A stretch of DNA of 64,000 bases from positions 45,287-109,286 of the forward strand of contig DAIOHF010000014.1 in NCBI GenBank assembly GCA_036744855.1, given 5' to 3'. Position numbers and translations under genes: made by a program. Origin of the DNA: Sedimentisphaerales bacterium. Lineage in GTDB: Bacteria; Planctomycetota; Phycisphaerae; Sedimentisphaerales; Anaerobacaceae. This document shows, piece by piece, positions 53,544-62,387 of this stretch. The notes under the pieces were generated by a model. The model made no database searches. It was not told the DNA's origin and saw only the letters and a program-made list of their open reading frames with translations. Every line of letters begins with the position of its first letter. Positions within the stretch are counted from its first letter, which is position 1.

Positions 53544-56198
53544 TCACACCACGATGTTCACCAATCGGCCTTTGACCACGAGCACCTTCTTGGGCGTCTT
53601 GCCTCCCAAAGCGAAGACCACCTTCTCGCTGGCCAGCGCAACCGCCTTGACCGACTCGTCGTCCGCCTCGGCAGCCACGACGATGCGGTCCTTCACCTTG
53701 CCGTTGACCTGGACCGCCAGTTCGAGCTGCTTCTCGCGGGCCAGCTCTTCGTCATACTGCGGCCACGGCTCGTACGCCAGGCTGCGATCGTGTCCGAGAC
53801 GCGACCACAACTCCTCGGCCACGTGCGGCGCGAACGGCGCCAGAATCAGGATGAAAGACTCGACCACCGACTTGGGCCGGACTTCCTGGCGAGCCAGGTG
53901 GTTCACGAAGATCATCATCGCACTGATGGCGGTATTGAACCCGAACGTCTCGACGTCGCCGCCGACCTTGCGAATCGTCTGGTGCAGCAGCCGCAGCGTC
54001 TCTTCATCGGCCTGGGCCTCGCGGACCGCCGAGTCGAGTTCGTTCGTCTCCTCATTGACCACCATTCGCCAGGTCTTCTGGAGGAACCGGTACACGCCTT
54101 GGACGCCCTGCATGCTCCAGGGCTTCATCGCCTCCAGCGGGCCCATGAACATCTCGTACAGACGCATCGAGTCGCCGCCGAACTCAGCGATCACGTGGTC
54201 GGGGTTCACCACGTTGCCGCGGGACTTGCTCATCTTCTGGCCGTCCTCGCCGAGGATCATGCCCTGGTTGATCAGCCGCGTGAACGGCTCGGCTGTGCTG
54301 ACGTAACCTCGATCGAACAGAAACTTGTGCCAGAAGCGAGAGTAGAGCAGGTGCAGCACCGCGTGCTCGGCGCCGCCGATGTAGAGATCGACCGCCATCC
54401 AGTACCGTTCCTTGGCCGGGTCCCAGCCCTGCTGCGGATTCTTCGGGTCGATGTATCGCAGGTAGTACCAGCAACTTCCGGCCCATTGGGGCATCGTGTT
54501 GGTCTCCCGCCGGGCCGGCCCGCCGCAGCGGGGACATGTGGCGTTGAGCCAGTCGGTCGCTTTGGCCAAAGGCGGCTCGCCCGTCACCGGAGGCGTGTAG
54601 TCCGTCACCTCAGGCAACGTCAGCGGCAGCGCCGATTCTGGAAGCGGCACGACGCCGCACTTCTCGCAGTGAACGACCGGGATGGGCTCGCCCCAATACC
54701 GCTGCCGGCTGAACAACCAGTCCCGCAGTTTGAAGTTGATCGCCTTGCAGCCCAGCCCGTTCTCCGCAAGCCACGCCGTGATCTTGGTCTTGGCCTCGGC
54801 GGTCGGCAGCCCGGTGATGGAGACCTCCGGCCCAGTGGAGTTCACTGAGGTCCCATCGTCCACGAAGCCCTTCCAATCCGTCTTCGAGTCCGGCGGCTGA
54901 ACCACCTGGATCACAGGAAGGCAGAACTTCTGGGCAAACTCATAGTCGCGAGTGTCATGTGCAGGCACCGCCATGATCGCGCCGGTGCCGTAGGTGGCCA
55001 GCACGTAATCCGCGATCCAAATCGGGATCTTCTCCCGATTGACCGGATTGACCGCATAGTTGCCGGTGAAGACACCGGTCTTCTCTTTGTCGAGCGAGGT
55101 GCGCTCCAGTTCGCTCTTGCGGGCGGCCTCCGTGCGATAGGCCTGGATCGCCTCCCGTTGCTGGGCTGTCGTGATATTCTCGACCAGCGGATGCTCGGGC
55201 GACAGCACCATGTACGTGGCGCCGAAGAGCGTGTCGGGTCGGGTGGTGAACACGCGGAGCTTCTGCCCGGCCGCAGGGCCTTCAGCGATTTCGAAGTCCA
55301 CCTCCGCGCCTTCACTGCGGCCGATCCAGTTGCGCTGCATCTCTTTGATCGACTCAGACCATGTGACGAGCTTGAGGTCTTCGAGCAATCGGTCGGCGTA
55401 GGCTGTGATCCGAAGCAGCCACTGACGCATCGGCTTGCGCACCACGTTCTGATGCCCCTTGCGGTCGCACTTGCCGTCTTTCACCTCCTCGTTGGCCAGC
55501 ACCGCCTTGCAGCCTTCGCACCACCAGACAGGGACCCAGTTCTCGTAGGCCAGCCGCAGATCCGAAACGGTCTTGCGAAGGAACGCCTCCCTCTTGTGAG
55601 GATCGCCGCCTGCGGCCTGCGCCGCCTTGTGCCACGACGTCAGGAACGCGCTGGACTCCCATTCGGACCTGCGCCGGGGCTTCTGGGCCAGCGCATCTTC
55701 AAGCAGCGAGATGTCGGCCGCCTTGCCCCACGAGGGATCGTAGTAGCTGTTGAACAGCTTCAGGAAGATCCACTGGGTCCATTTGAAGTAGGCGGGGTCG
55801 GTGGTGTCCACCTCGCGGTCCCAGTCGTACGAGAAACCCAACATCTTGATCTGGCGGCGGAACGTGTTGATGTTCTTTCCCGTCGTGACCGACGGATGCG
55901 TGCCTGTGTCGATGGCGTACTGCTCGGCAGGCAGGCCGAAGGCGTCCCAGCCCATCGGGTGCAGGACGTTGAACCCCTTCATCCGCTTGTATCGCGCGAC
56001 GATGTCGCTGGCGGTGTAGCCCTCGGGATGCCCTACGTGCAGACCCTGGCCGCTCGGATAGGGGAACATGTCGAGAACATAGTACTTCGGCCGGGAGGCG
56101 TCGCAATCCCCGGCCCGGAAGGTCTTGTTCTCTTCCCAGTGCTTCTGCCACTTCGGCTCGATCGAACCGAAATCGTACGTGCCCTGCTTTTCGCTCAT
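53544..56198 (-). CDS. leuS: Leucine--tRNA ligase
   Basis: [18 protein letters not shown] (HIGH) and KMSKSRGN (KMSKS) motifs. 884 aa with typical LeuRS blocks. Confidence 0.95.
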   Translation of the reverse strand: MSEKQGTYDFGSIEPKWQKHWEENKTFRAGDCDASRPKYYVLDMFPYPSGQGLHVGHPEGYTASDIVARYKRMKGFNVLHPMGWDAFGLPAEQYAIDTGTHPSVTTGKNINTFRRQIKMLGFSYDWDREVDTTDPAYFKWTQWIFLKLFNSYYDPSWGKAADISLLEDALAQKPRRRSEWESSAFLTSWHKAAQAAGGDPHKREAFLRKTVSDLRLAYENWVPVWWCEGCKAVLANEEVKDGKCDRKGHQNVVRKPMRQWLLRITAYADRLLEDLKLVTWSESIKEMQRNWIGRSEGAEVDFEIAEGPAAGQKLRVFTTRPDTLFGATYMVLSPEHPLVENITTAQQREAIQAYRTEAARKSELERTSLDKEKTGVFTGNYAVNPVNREKIPIWIADYVLATYGTGAIMAVPAHDTRDYEFAQKFCLPVIQVVQPPDSKTDWKGFVDDGTSVNSTGPEVSITGLPTAEAKTKITAWLAENGLGCKAINFKLRDWLFSRQRYWGEPIPVVHCEKCGVVPLPESALPLTLPEVTDYTPPVTGEPPLAKATDWLNATCPRCGGPARRETNTMPQWAGSCWYYLRYIDPKNPQQGWDPAKERYWMAVDLYIGGAEHAVLHLLYSRFWHKFLFDRGYVSTAEPFTRLINQGMILGEDGQKMSKSRGNVVNPDHVIAEFGGDSMRLYEMFMGPLEAMKPWSMQGVQGVYRFLQKTWRMVVNEETNELDSAVREAQADEETLRLLHQTIRKVGGDVETFGFNTAISAMMIFVNHLARQEVRPKSVVESFILILAPFAPHVAEELWSRLGHDRSLAYEPWPQYDEELAREKQLELAVQVNGKVKDRIVVAAEADDESVKAVALASEKVVFALGGKTPKKVLVVKGRLVNIVV

Positions 56199-56415
56199 CG
56201 CTGTAGGAAACCTCTTTCAAAACCCGCCGCACCGCGTCCATTTGCGAAACGGCCTGCGATCCCGTGGCCGGTTCGCCGGACCATCCGGGGCCATCCCATC
56301 CACGTTCGCCGAACCCGCTCAACAGCAGGGGTCCGCGACTGTACAAAGACCGTTACTATACTCGATCTACCGCCGCCGGTGTAGGGAAAGTTCACACCCT
56401 CGTCCAGGAAATGCC

Positions 56416-56458
56416 GATGGCGGCGTCGGGACCGAAACCGGGTCCTGACGCCGCCATC
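56416..56458 (-). terminator. Long GC hairpin after the LTD-protein gene (terminator-like, no clear U-tract)
   Basis: GATGGCGGCGTC / GACGCCGCCATC 12-bp perfect arms with an inner GGACC/GGTCC extension. Lies 32 nt downstream of the stop codon at 56490. Confidence 0.3.
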
Positions 56459-56489
56459 GCGGTATCTGATCGATTCGAGCGGGTCGCTG

Positions 56490-57545
56490 TCAGAGCGAGA
56501 AACCGAAGAAATCCACCATCGCCGAGGCCAAGGGGCTGCTGATGATCGTGAAGGCTGCGTCGCTCACGTCGAACACGCTCGGACGGGTCGTGCTCGACAC
56601 GCGGACAAGCGCCTTGGGGGCGTCCACGAGGGGAACGAGCCACTTGTAGCTGCCGGTGTTGCCGGTGTTTCGCGGGAAGACCTCGTTCCAGGAGTGGCCG
56701 TTGTCCAGAGAGAACTCCACGCAGACGGGCTCGCTCACGCTCGTGCTCTCCCACTTGATGTCCACGATGTCGCCCATGGCGAGGGCTTCGCCGCCGTTGG
56801 GCGCGAGCACCTTCAAAGAGGCGCCGGTGGCGGGCGTAACGACCTCGCGCAGCTTGCCGAGGCCCTGGCTTCCCCACCGGTTCGGCGAGCCGAACGTGCT
56901 GAAGTCGGCGCCGTCGTCATACTTGGTGGAATTCGCGGTGATGGTGGCGTCGGGATCGGCCTCCAGGCGGAAGATCTCGGTCCCGCTGACGCCGCTGGCC
57001 GGGCTGATGCCTTCGCCCGCCGGACCGAAGACGACCTGGCCGGCCTTGTCGCGAATTCGCAGTTGCCAGTTGTTCGAGCTGACCGGGAAATTCGACTTCT
57101 CGATGTACAGGCCGTCGCCGTTGTTGTTGGCCTGGACGTTGATCCACCAGTCGCCGGCGGCGGGATTGTAGCTGATGTCGCTGGGCACGTCCTCGGAGAT
57201 CGTGATGATCGTGCCGGCCCGAAGGTCCTGCCAGATCGGATGGGCGGTCAGGACGAGCGTCTCGTCGAGGATCTTGTTCTCGTAGATGTCGAGCTGCCAG
57301 CCGCGGATGTCCAGATGGTCCTTGATGACGACCAGTTCGAACCAGTCGCCGCCGTTGCCGCGGACTCGGCCGAAGTAGCTGTCGGAGGCACGGCCGCCGT
57401 CCTCGTCCGCCGAGGCGGTGCCGCCGCCGAGGAATTCGTTCGCGTCGACCGCGTTATACTCGTTGAGAATGATGTCCGCCGCCCACCCGTTCATCGACAA
57501 CAGGGTCAGCACGATAAGGATGCTCGTGATCCTTCTGATGTTCAT
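56490..57545 (-). CDS. Secreted lamin-tail-domain (LTD) protein
   Basis: Signal peptide. ILNEYNAV...GGDWFELVV LTD signature. C-terminal Ig-like module (KVLAPNGGE...DIKWEST...SYKWLVP). Confidence 0.65.
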   Translation of the reverse strand: MNIRRITSILIVLTLLSMNGWAADIILNEYNAVDANEFLGGGTASADEDGGRASDSYFGRVRGNGGDWFELVVIKDHLDIRGWQLDIYENKILDETLVLTAHPIWQDLRAGTIITISEDVPSDISYNPAAGDWWINVQANNNGDGLYIEKSNFPVSSNNWQLRIRDKAGQVVFGPAGEGISPASGVSGTEIFRLEADPDATITANSTKYDDGADFSTFGSPNRWGSQGLGKLREVVTPATGASLKVLAPNGGEALAMGDIVDIKWESTSVSEPVCVEFSLDNGHSWNEVFPRNTGNTGSYKWLVPLVDAPKALVRVSSTTRPSVFDVSDAAFTIISSPLASAMVDFFGFSL

Positions 57546-57638
57546 GGTCCACCCTTTCCTTCTCTAGAATCAAGAAACCAACGGGCCGTGTCCGCCGGAT
57601 CACGGCCATCCGTGTATCCACAATCATTATACCGCCTG

Positions 57639-59276
57639 CTACCTCCCGGGCCGCATCGTTTCTTCCGTCGAGGGCTTCCGAGCCAGCGGAATCGACGCGG
57701 CGCCGATCTCCCACATCCCGTCCGGGCGAACCTGCATCACATCCGTATCCCGGTAGAAATTCACCGTGGCGATCGCATAATCGGTCAGAGCGTCGGCCAG
57801 TTCGTTCTTCGCGTCGTGCAGATGCTGAAGGCCGTCGAGCACGCGCCGACTGCTGACTCGCCCATACTCCAGCAACAGGTAGTTCTTTTCGATGCGCTCC
57901 TGAGCCAGCTTCAGACCTTTGGTCAGGATCAGATAGCGTTCGGCGGTCTCCAGCAGCTTTCGATGGGCCTCGCGGACTTCCAGGCGGACGGTGTCCGCCA
58001 TCTGGTCATAATCCCGCTGACGCTGATTCAGAAGAATCAGGGCGTTGCGATAGGCGACCTGCTCCGGAACGCGGTCCAGAGGCAGATCCAGGACGGGTCC
58101 GGCGGTCACGGCCCCCTGGCCTCGCGAACTGACGTCCACGCTGCCGGCCACCGCCAGTCCGGTCCTCAAGGCGTCCGCCGCGACGTAGACTCCGCGTTGC
58201 GCGTCCAGGACTCTGTCGGCCTGATTGATCAGGTCCAGTCGCCGGGACAACCCGGTCTCAACCGCCTCGCTGACCGCGAAATCGGGCTGGGGGATGCCTC
58301 CGTTCTTGAGGGCTTCGAAAACGCCCTGGTCCAGCTCGAACTCGCTGGTTGGCGGCACGCCAAGCGTGATCTTGAACGCGTCGAGGAATCGATCATGTTC
58401 CCTCTGGGCCAGGACCCACCGGTCGCGTGCCCGAAGCAGTTCCTGCTTGATGCGATCAAGTTCCTCGGATTCCAGCCTCGCGGCGTTGACGAGCTTTTCG
58501 ACGCGGTCGTGCAGCGCCAGCAGGGAGTTGTAGTACTCCTCGGTGTTGGAGGCCAGAGTCCCCTGCTCCAGCACTTCGTAGTATTGCGTGATCACCGACA
58601 CGACGAACGTCTTGCGGAACCGGTTGAAGGACCGGATCTGATACAGCGTGTCGCGTTTGGCCTGGGTCAGAGGCTCCAGGACGACCATCCGGTCGCTGCC
58701 TCGCAGCAATGGCTGGGCCACCGTCGCACCGAACACCGACGCAAAGCCATGATTGCCCTGCCCGAGCAGGACATCGACCCATTGAATGCCGACTCGGGTG
58801 CTGATCAGAGCGCCTGAGGCCAGGAGGCGGTTGAAGCCGACATTGGCCTCCGCCTGCACCGCTTCGTCGGTACCGTCGTTGGAATACAGAAGGCTGCCTC
58901 CGCCGAACAGTTGCGTCTCGTAGCCATGACGCACGAGTCGTTGATTGAGAGCGGTCGTGTAGAGCAACTCCTTTTGGGTCTGGTACTCGCGATTGGCGGC
59001 CGTGGCGATGGCGACGGCGCGGGGCAGCGTCAGCACGCCGGGAATGGGCGCGTATCGATCAACCGCAAGATCGTTCGGGGACGAAGAGACATCGCTGACC
59101 CGGTAGTTGGCCTTGGAGCCGAAGGACGGGTCCCACTGGGCGTCGATAACGTCGTAGGCTTGTTTGTCCGCGTCGAGTTTGTAGTTGCGCTGCGGACAAC
59201 CGGCCGCCAGAGCCGCCAGAGCCAGAGACATCGCCAGCAGTGCAGTACGAACCATCGCGTTCATCACCCCAACCAT
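57639..59276 (-). CDS. TolC-family outer-membrane channel (OEP) lipoprotein
   Basis: LALAALAAGC lipobox. Two repeated halves rich in heptad-like helices (LLEYGRVSSRRVLDGLQHLHDAKNELADALTDYAIATVNFYRDTD). The start follows the HlyD stop codon by 11 nt. Confidence 0.7.
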   Translation of the reverse strand: MVGVMNAMVRTALLAMSLALAALAAGCPQRNYKLDADKQAYDVIDAQWDPSFGSKANYRVSDVSSSPNDLAVDRYAPIPGVLTLPRAVAIATAANREYQTQKELLYTTALNQRLVRHGYETQLFGGGSLLYSNDGTDEAVQAEANVGFNRLLASGALISTRVGIQWVDVLLGQGNHGFASVFGATVAQPLLRGSDRMVVLEPLTQAKRDTLYQIRSFNRFRKTFVVSVITQYYEVLEQGTLASNTEEYYNSLLALHDRVEKLVNAARLESEELDRIKQELLRARDRWVLAQREHDRFLDAFKITLGVPPTSEFELDQGVFEALKNGGIPQPDFAVSEAVETGLSRRLDLINQADRVLDAQRGVYVAADALRTGLAVAGSVDVSSRGQGAVTAGPVLDLPLDRVPEQVAYRNALILLNQRQRDYDQMADTVRLEVREAHRKLLETAERYLILTKGLKLAQERIEKNYLLLEYGRVSSRRVLDGLQHLHDAKNELADALTDYAIATVNFYRDTDVMQVRPDGMWEIGAASIPLARKPSTEETMRPGR

Positions 59277-59287
59277 GAATGGACCGG

Positions 59288-60526
59288 TCACAGCCCCCGA
59301 ATGCCGACGAGTTCGCCCGGAATGATGGCCAATCCCGCCGGAACCTCGATCACCACCGGCCTGCCCCACTGGGGGGCGGTCGGACTTCGCCAGAGCCGCT
59401 GCGGCATCAACTCGACCGTCGGCCCGATGGACAGGACGCGGGACTGCGCGATCTGGGCCGGATACCTCATCTTCACCAGCTCGACGTTCATATCCTCTTC
59501 CAGGAATCCGACCTGCTGTTCGCTGGCGTAGGCGATGATCTCGGTCGGCTCGGTCTGCGCCACGGCGAGAATGGGATCGCCCGCCGCGACGACTTCCCCC
59601 GCCCGTCGGATCGTCTCTTCGCCCTGTCGCTTGAGCAGCGTTTCGTTGGCTTTGCCGGAGATCGGGATGACGACGCCGTCGATCGGCGACTTCAGCTCGA
59701 CCGCTGTGCGGGTCTTGAAGGCGACGATCTGCCCCTGGAGACCTTTGATCAGCTCCTCCTGGACCCTCGCTTCTTTGCGGATGGCCTCCAGCGCGTCGTC
59801 GACGGACGTCCTCGGCAATTCCTGGCGGGCGAATTCGTCGCGCCTGCGTTCGGCTTCCGCTTGATCCGCCTGGGCCTGCTTGAGCGTTTCCTGATACTCG
59901 CGGATCTTCTTGGCGGCGCTCTCGTGGTCGATTCGGATCTTCTCCAGCTCGAACGACACGACGACTTTTTCCTGCACCAGTTTCTCGGTGCTCTGGAGTT
60001 GAATGGCCAGACTGTTCAGCAGGATCTCCGCATCGGCGATCTCCGTCTGCACCTTCAGCACATTGAGTCGGGCCGCCTCGACGTCCACAGCGAACCGTCT
60101 CTGGTTGTCCGCATGGCTGATCTGAAGATTCGCGGCGTTGGCCAGCAGTTCCTCCTGCGTGGGGATGAGCAAGGCCATCAGCCGCTCGATCTCCGCCGCA
60201 GCGGTGGCGATCTGGCTCTTGAGTTCCACTTCGGTCATCCACTCGTTGGCCGGAACGGTGTTGAGGATGGCGAGCGTCTGTCCGGCCTTGACGGGCTGGA
60301 ACAGCTCCACCGGAATGTCGGCAATGCGCGCGACGCAGTCCGACGCCACCTGTCGAACCTCGCTCTGCGCGATCCCGACCATCTGGAAAGTCTCCGAGCG
60401 CTGATAGAACAGCCATCCCACGACCGCCACCGCGCCCAGCCAAACGGTCATCGGCGCCACGTGACGCAGATAGGAGCGCTTGACCACGTAATCCTTCTTG
60501 GCTTGCTTCTCTTTCATCATGGCCAT
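59288..60526 (-). CDS. HlyD-family membrane-fusion (periplasmic adaptor) protein
   Basis: N-terminal TM anchor. Lipoyl-like VKAGQTLAIL. About 150-aa coiled-coil hairpin. Beta-barrel C-terminal half (IDGVVIPI...). Confidence 0.75.
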   Translation of the reverse strand: MAMMKEKQAKKDYVVKRSYLRHVAPMTVWLGAVAVVGWLFYQRSETFQMVGIAQSEVRQVASDCVARIADIPVELFQPVKAGQTLAILNTVPANEWMTEVELKSQIATAAAEIERLMALLIPTQEELLANAANLQISHADNQRRFAVDVEAARLNVLKVQTEIADAEILLNSLAIQLQSTEKLVQEKVVVSFELEKIRIDHESAAKKIREYQETLKQAQADQAEAERRRDEFARQELPRTSVDDALEAIRKEARVQEELIKGLQGQIVAFKTRTAVELKSPIDGVVIPISGKANETLLKRQGEETIRRAGEVVAAGDPILAVAQTEPTEIIAYASEQQVGFLEEDMNVELVKMRYPAQIAQSRVLSIGPTVELMPQRLWRSPTAPQWGRPVVIEVPAGLAIIPGELVGIRGL

Positions 60527-60531
60527 ATCGC

Positions 60532-61227
60532 TCAGACTTCGAGCAACTTCTCCTGCATCGTCAGATTGATGCTCTCCATCCCATCGACTTTCTCCAGCTC
60601 CGCGATGAACTCCTCATTCATGGCTGTGTTCCTGACCATGATCTGATAGGCATATTCGGCCGGCCCGCCGAACCCGCTGTCCTGCGCGGAGATCAGCGTG
60701 AAGTTCCCGCAGAACCGACGCAGGATGCCCGGCACCGGATGGTCGGTCCCGATCGGACCCCGCAGGCTGAACCGCAGGAATCCATTGTGCGGCTCATGGG
60801 AGCCGAAGTCCGTGAAATGCAGATAGATCGCAATCGCGCCGAGGATCACCGTGCCCAGGATCGCCGTCATGTAGCGATGCGAGCCGCACGCCATCCCGAT
60901 CACCAGCGACGAGAAAATGAACACGATGTCCCGCGTGTCCTTGAGCACGTTGCGGAACCGAACGATCGCCAGGGCGCCCATCAGCCCGACCGCGGTGATG
61001 ATGTTGTTGCCGATCACGGTCATCACCATCGCTATGACCACGGTGATCAGGATCAGGGACTGTACGTAGGAGCGGGAATAGGACAGCCCGCTGTGCGTCA
61101 TGTAGTACACCCAGGCAACGACCTGTCCGAGCACGAACGCCAGCAGCAGCGCCAACAGCACGTCCTGCGGGCCGAACGACGCGCCGCCCAGCGGCGTCTC
61201 CTCGATCAGTTGCCACCATCTATCCAT
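60532..61227 (-). CDS. DUF4956-family inner-membrane protein
   Basis: 4 TM segments with the conserved LMGALAIVRFRNVLKDTRDIVFIFSSLVIGMACG core, plus a soluble C-terminal domain. The start overlaps the VTC stop codon by 8 nt. Confidence 0.7.
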   Translation of the reverse strand: MDRWWQLIEETPLGGASFGPQDVLLALLLAFVLGQVVAWVYYMTHSGLSYSRSYVQSLILITVVIAMVMTVIGNNIITAVGLMGALAIVRFRNVLKDTRDIVFIFSSLVIGMACGSHRYMTAILGTVILGAIAIYLHFTDFGSHEPHNGFLRFSLRGPIGTDHPVPGILRRFCGNFTLISAQDSGFGGPAEYAYQIMVRNTAMNEEFIAELEKVDGMESINLTMQEKLLEV

Positions 61228-62155
61228 TCCACACGCTCCTCATGGCCGGACCGCAGAACCCCAGCCGGTTCGATTGCTCCATCGACGTAACGAATTTGGA
61301 GATCGAACGGGCCTCCAGATTGAACAGCCGCACCAGCCGGCTCAGCCATTCGGGGTACACGCCCGTGAACTTGATCTCCAAGATCGCATAGCCTGTCGTC
61401 AAATCGTTGTGTTGCCAGCCGGTGCCGCCCAGGCGAACGCAGGGTTCGCTGGTCACCTTGTAGTACAACTCCCGGTCGAACGTAATCCTCACGCGATTCT
61501 CCGACGTGCTCTCGAAGGCCTGCCTGAGGTATCGGATCAGGATCATCGGTCCGGCCTGGACCGACGCGACGTAGAGCTGAAACTGGCTCAACGCCTTCTC
61601 GTCGGTCGTATACCCCTGAGGCGGCAGCAATTTGCCCTGCAACAGGGTCGCGACGTCCTGATCCATGACCCGGGCCCGGCTCTTCAAGATCACGCGGTTG
61701 ATCCGGCGCTTGATCTCGAAGAACCGCGGATACTCCGGCTCGTCGGTATAACTTCGAATCCGCAGTTTGAACCGGTTCTTCTGGCCCTGCTGGCTCTCCC
61801 GGCACAACTGCAAATCCTGCGAATCCAGATACAAACTGACAATCGGGTAACTTCCCCCGCGTTGCAGCTTCGAATACTTGTCGTATTCCAGAAACGGACG
61901 AATGTAGCTGGTAATCCTGGCGGCCTCGATCTCCGTCACGAGGTATTTCATCTCGTAGCGACAGGCAAGCATGCCGTCGACGGAGATCTTTTTCACCGGC
62001 GCAGGACGCGGTTTCGGTCCGCCCTTCGGTTCCCCTCTCACCGCGACTGCCGGCACCGCCGGCGGCCTTAGAGGCACTGCCCCCTGCCGCACAGCGTTCG
62101 TCCGCGCGATAAGGTCCGATACGACCGGCCCTCTGTCAGTCCTGCTGCTGTCCAC
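61220..62155 (-). CDS. VTC-domain (polyphosphate polymerase / triphosphate-tunnel) protein
   Basis: RYEMKYLV tunnel-entry motif, YPIVSLYLDS, RFKLRIRSY, FFEIKRR and ILEIKF beta-strand motifs of bacterial VTC (PF09359-type) proteins. The alternative start is at 61972. Confidence 0.75.
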   Translation of the reverse strand: MDSSRTDRGPVVSDLIARTNAVRQGAVPLRPPAVPAVAVRGEPKGGPKPRPAPVKKISVDGMLACRYEMKYLVTEIEAARITSYIRPFLEYDKYSKLQRGGSYPIVSLYLDSQDLQLCRESQQGQKNRFKLRIRSYTDEPEYPRFFEIKRRINRVILKSRARVMDQDVATLLQGKLLPPQGYTTDEKALSQFQLYVASVQAGPMILIRYLRQAFESTSENRVRITFDRELYYKVTSEPCVRLGGTGWQHNDLTTGYAILEIKFTGVYPEWLSRLVRLFNLEARSISKFVTSMEQSNRLGFCGPAMRSVWNG

Positions 62156-62278
62156 CTTGCTTCATTTCCTTCTGCAAATCCCCAAGATGAGGCAATACCC
62201 CTCCTGAGGCAGGTGCTTCCGCAGACACCATTTTCCGCACTGGGGGCAGGGTCCTGCTGTAACCCAAATCCCTTGTCT

Positions 62279-62308
62279 ATTTTAACACAAACGCGGGTTC
62301 ACAGTCAA
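62279..62308 (-). promoter_or_regulatory. Sigma-70-like promoter for the VTC-DUF4956-HlyD-TolC operon
   Basis: Minus strand: TTGACT, 18-nt spacer, TAAAAT, in the spacer between CotH and VTC. An imperfect hairpin plus TTCTGTTT at 62333-62371 could terminate CotH. Confidence 0.5.
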
Positions 62309-62387
62309 GCAATCTGTTAGATCCGTGTTAGGCAAACAGAAGACGCGCGTCGTTCTGCGCAGAACCGCGTCACGACGCCGACGGCGC

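Noticed and set aside
59277-60443. Upstream extension of the TolC ORF (the 934-aa version).
   Set aside because: It overlaps the HlyD gene in another frame and is Arg/Gly-rich. A lipoprotein signal begins at the ATG at 59276 or 59264.
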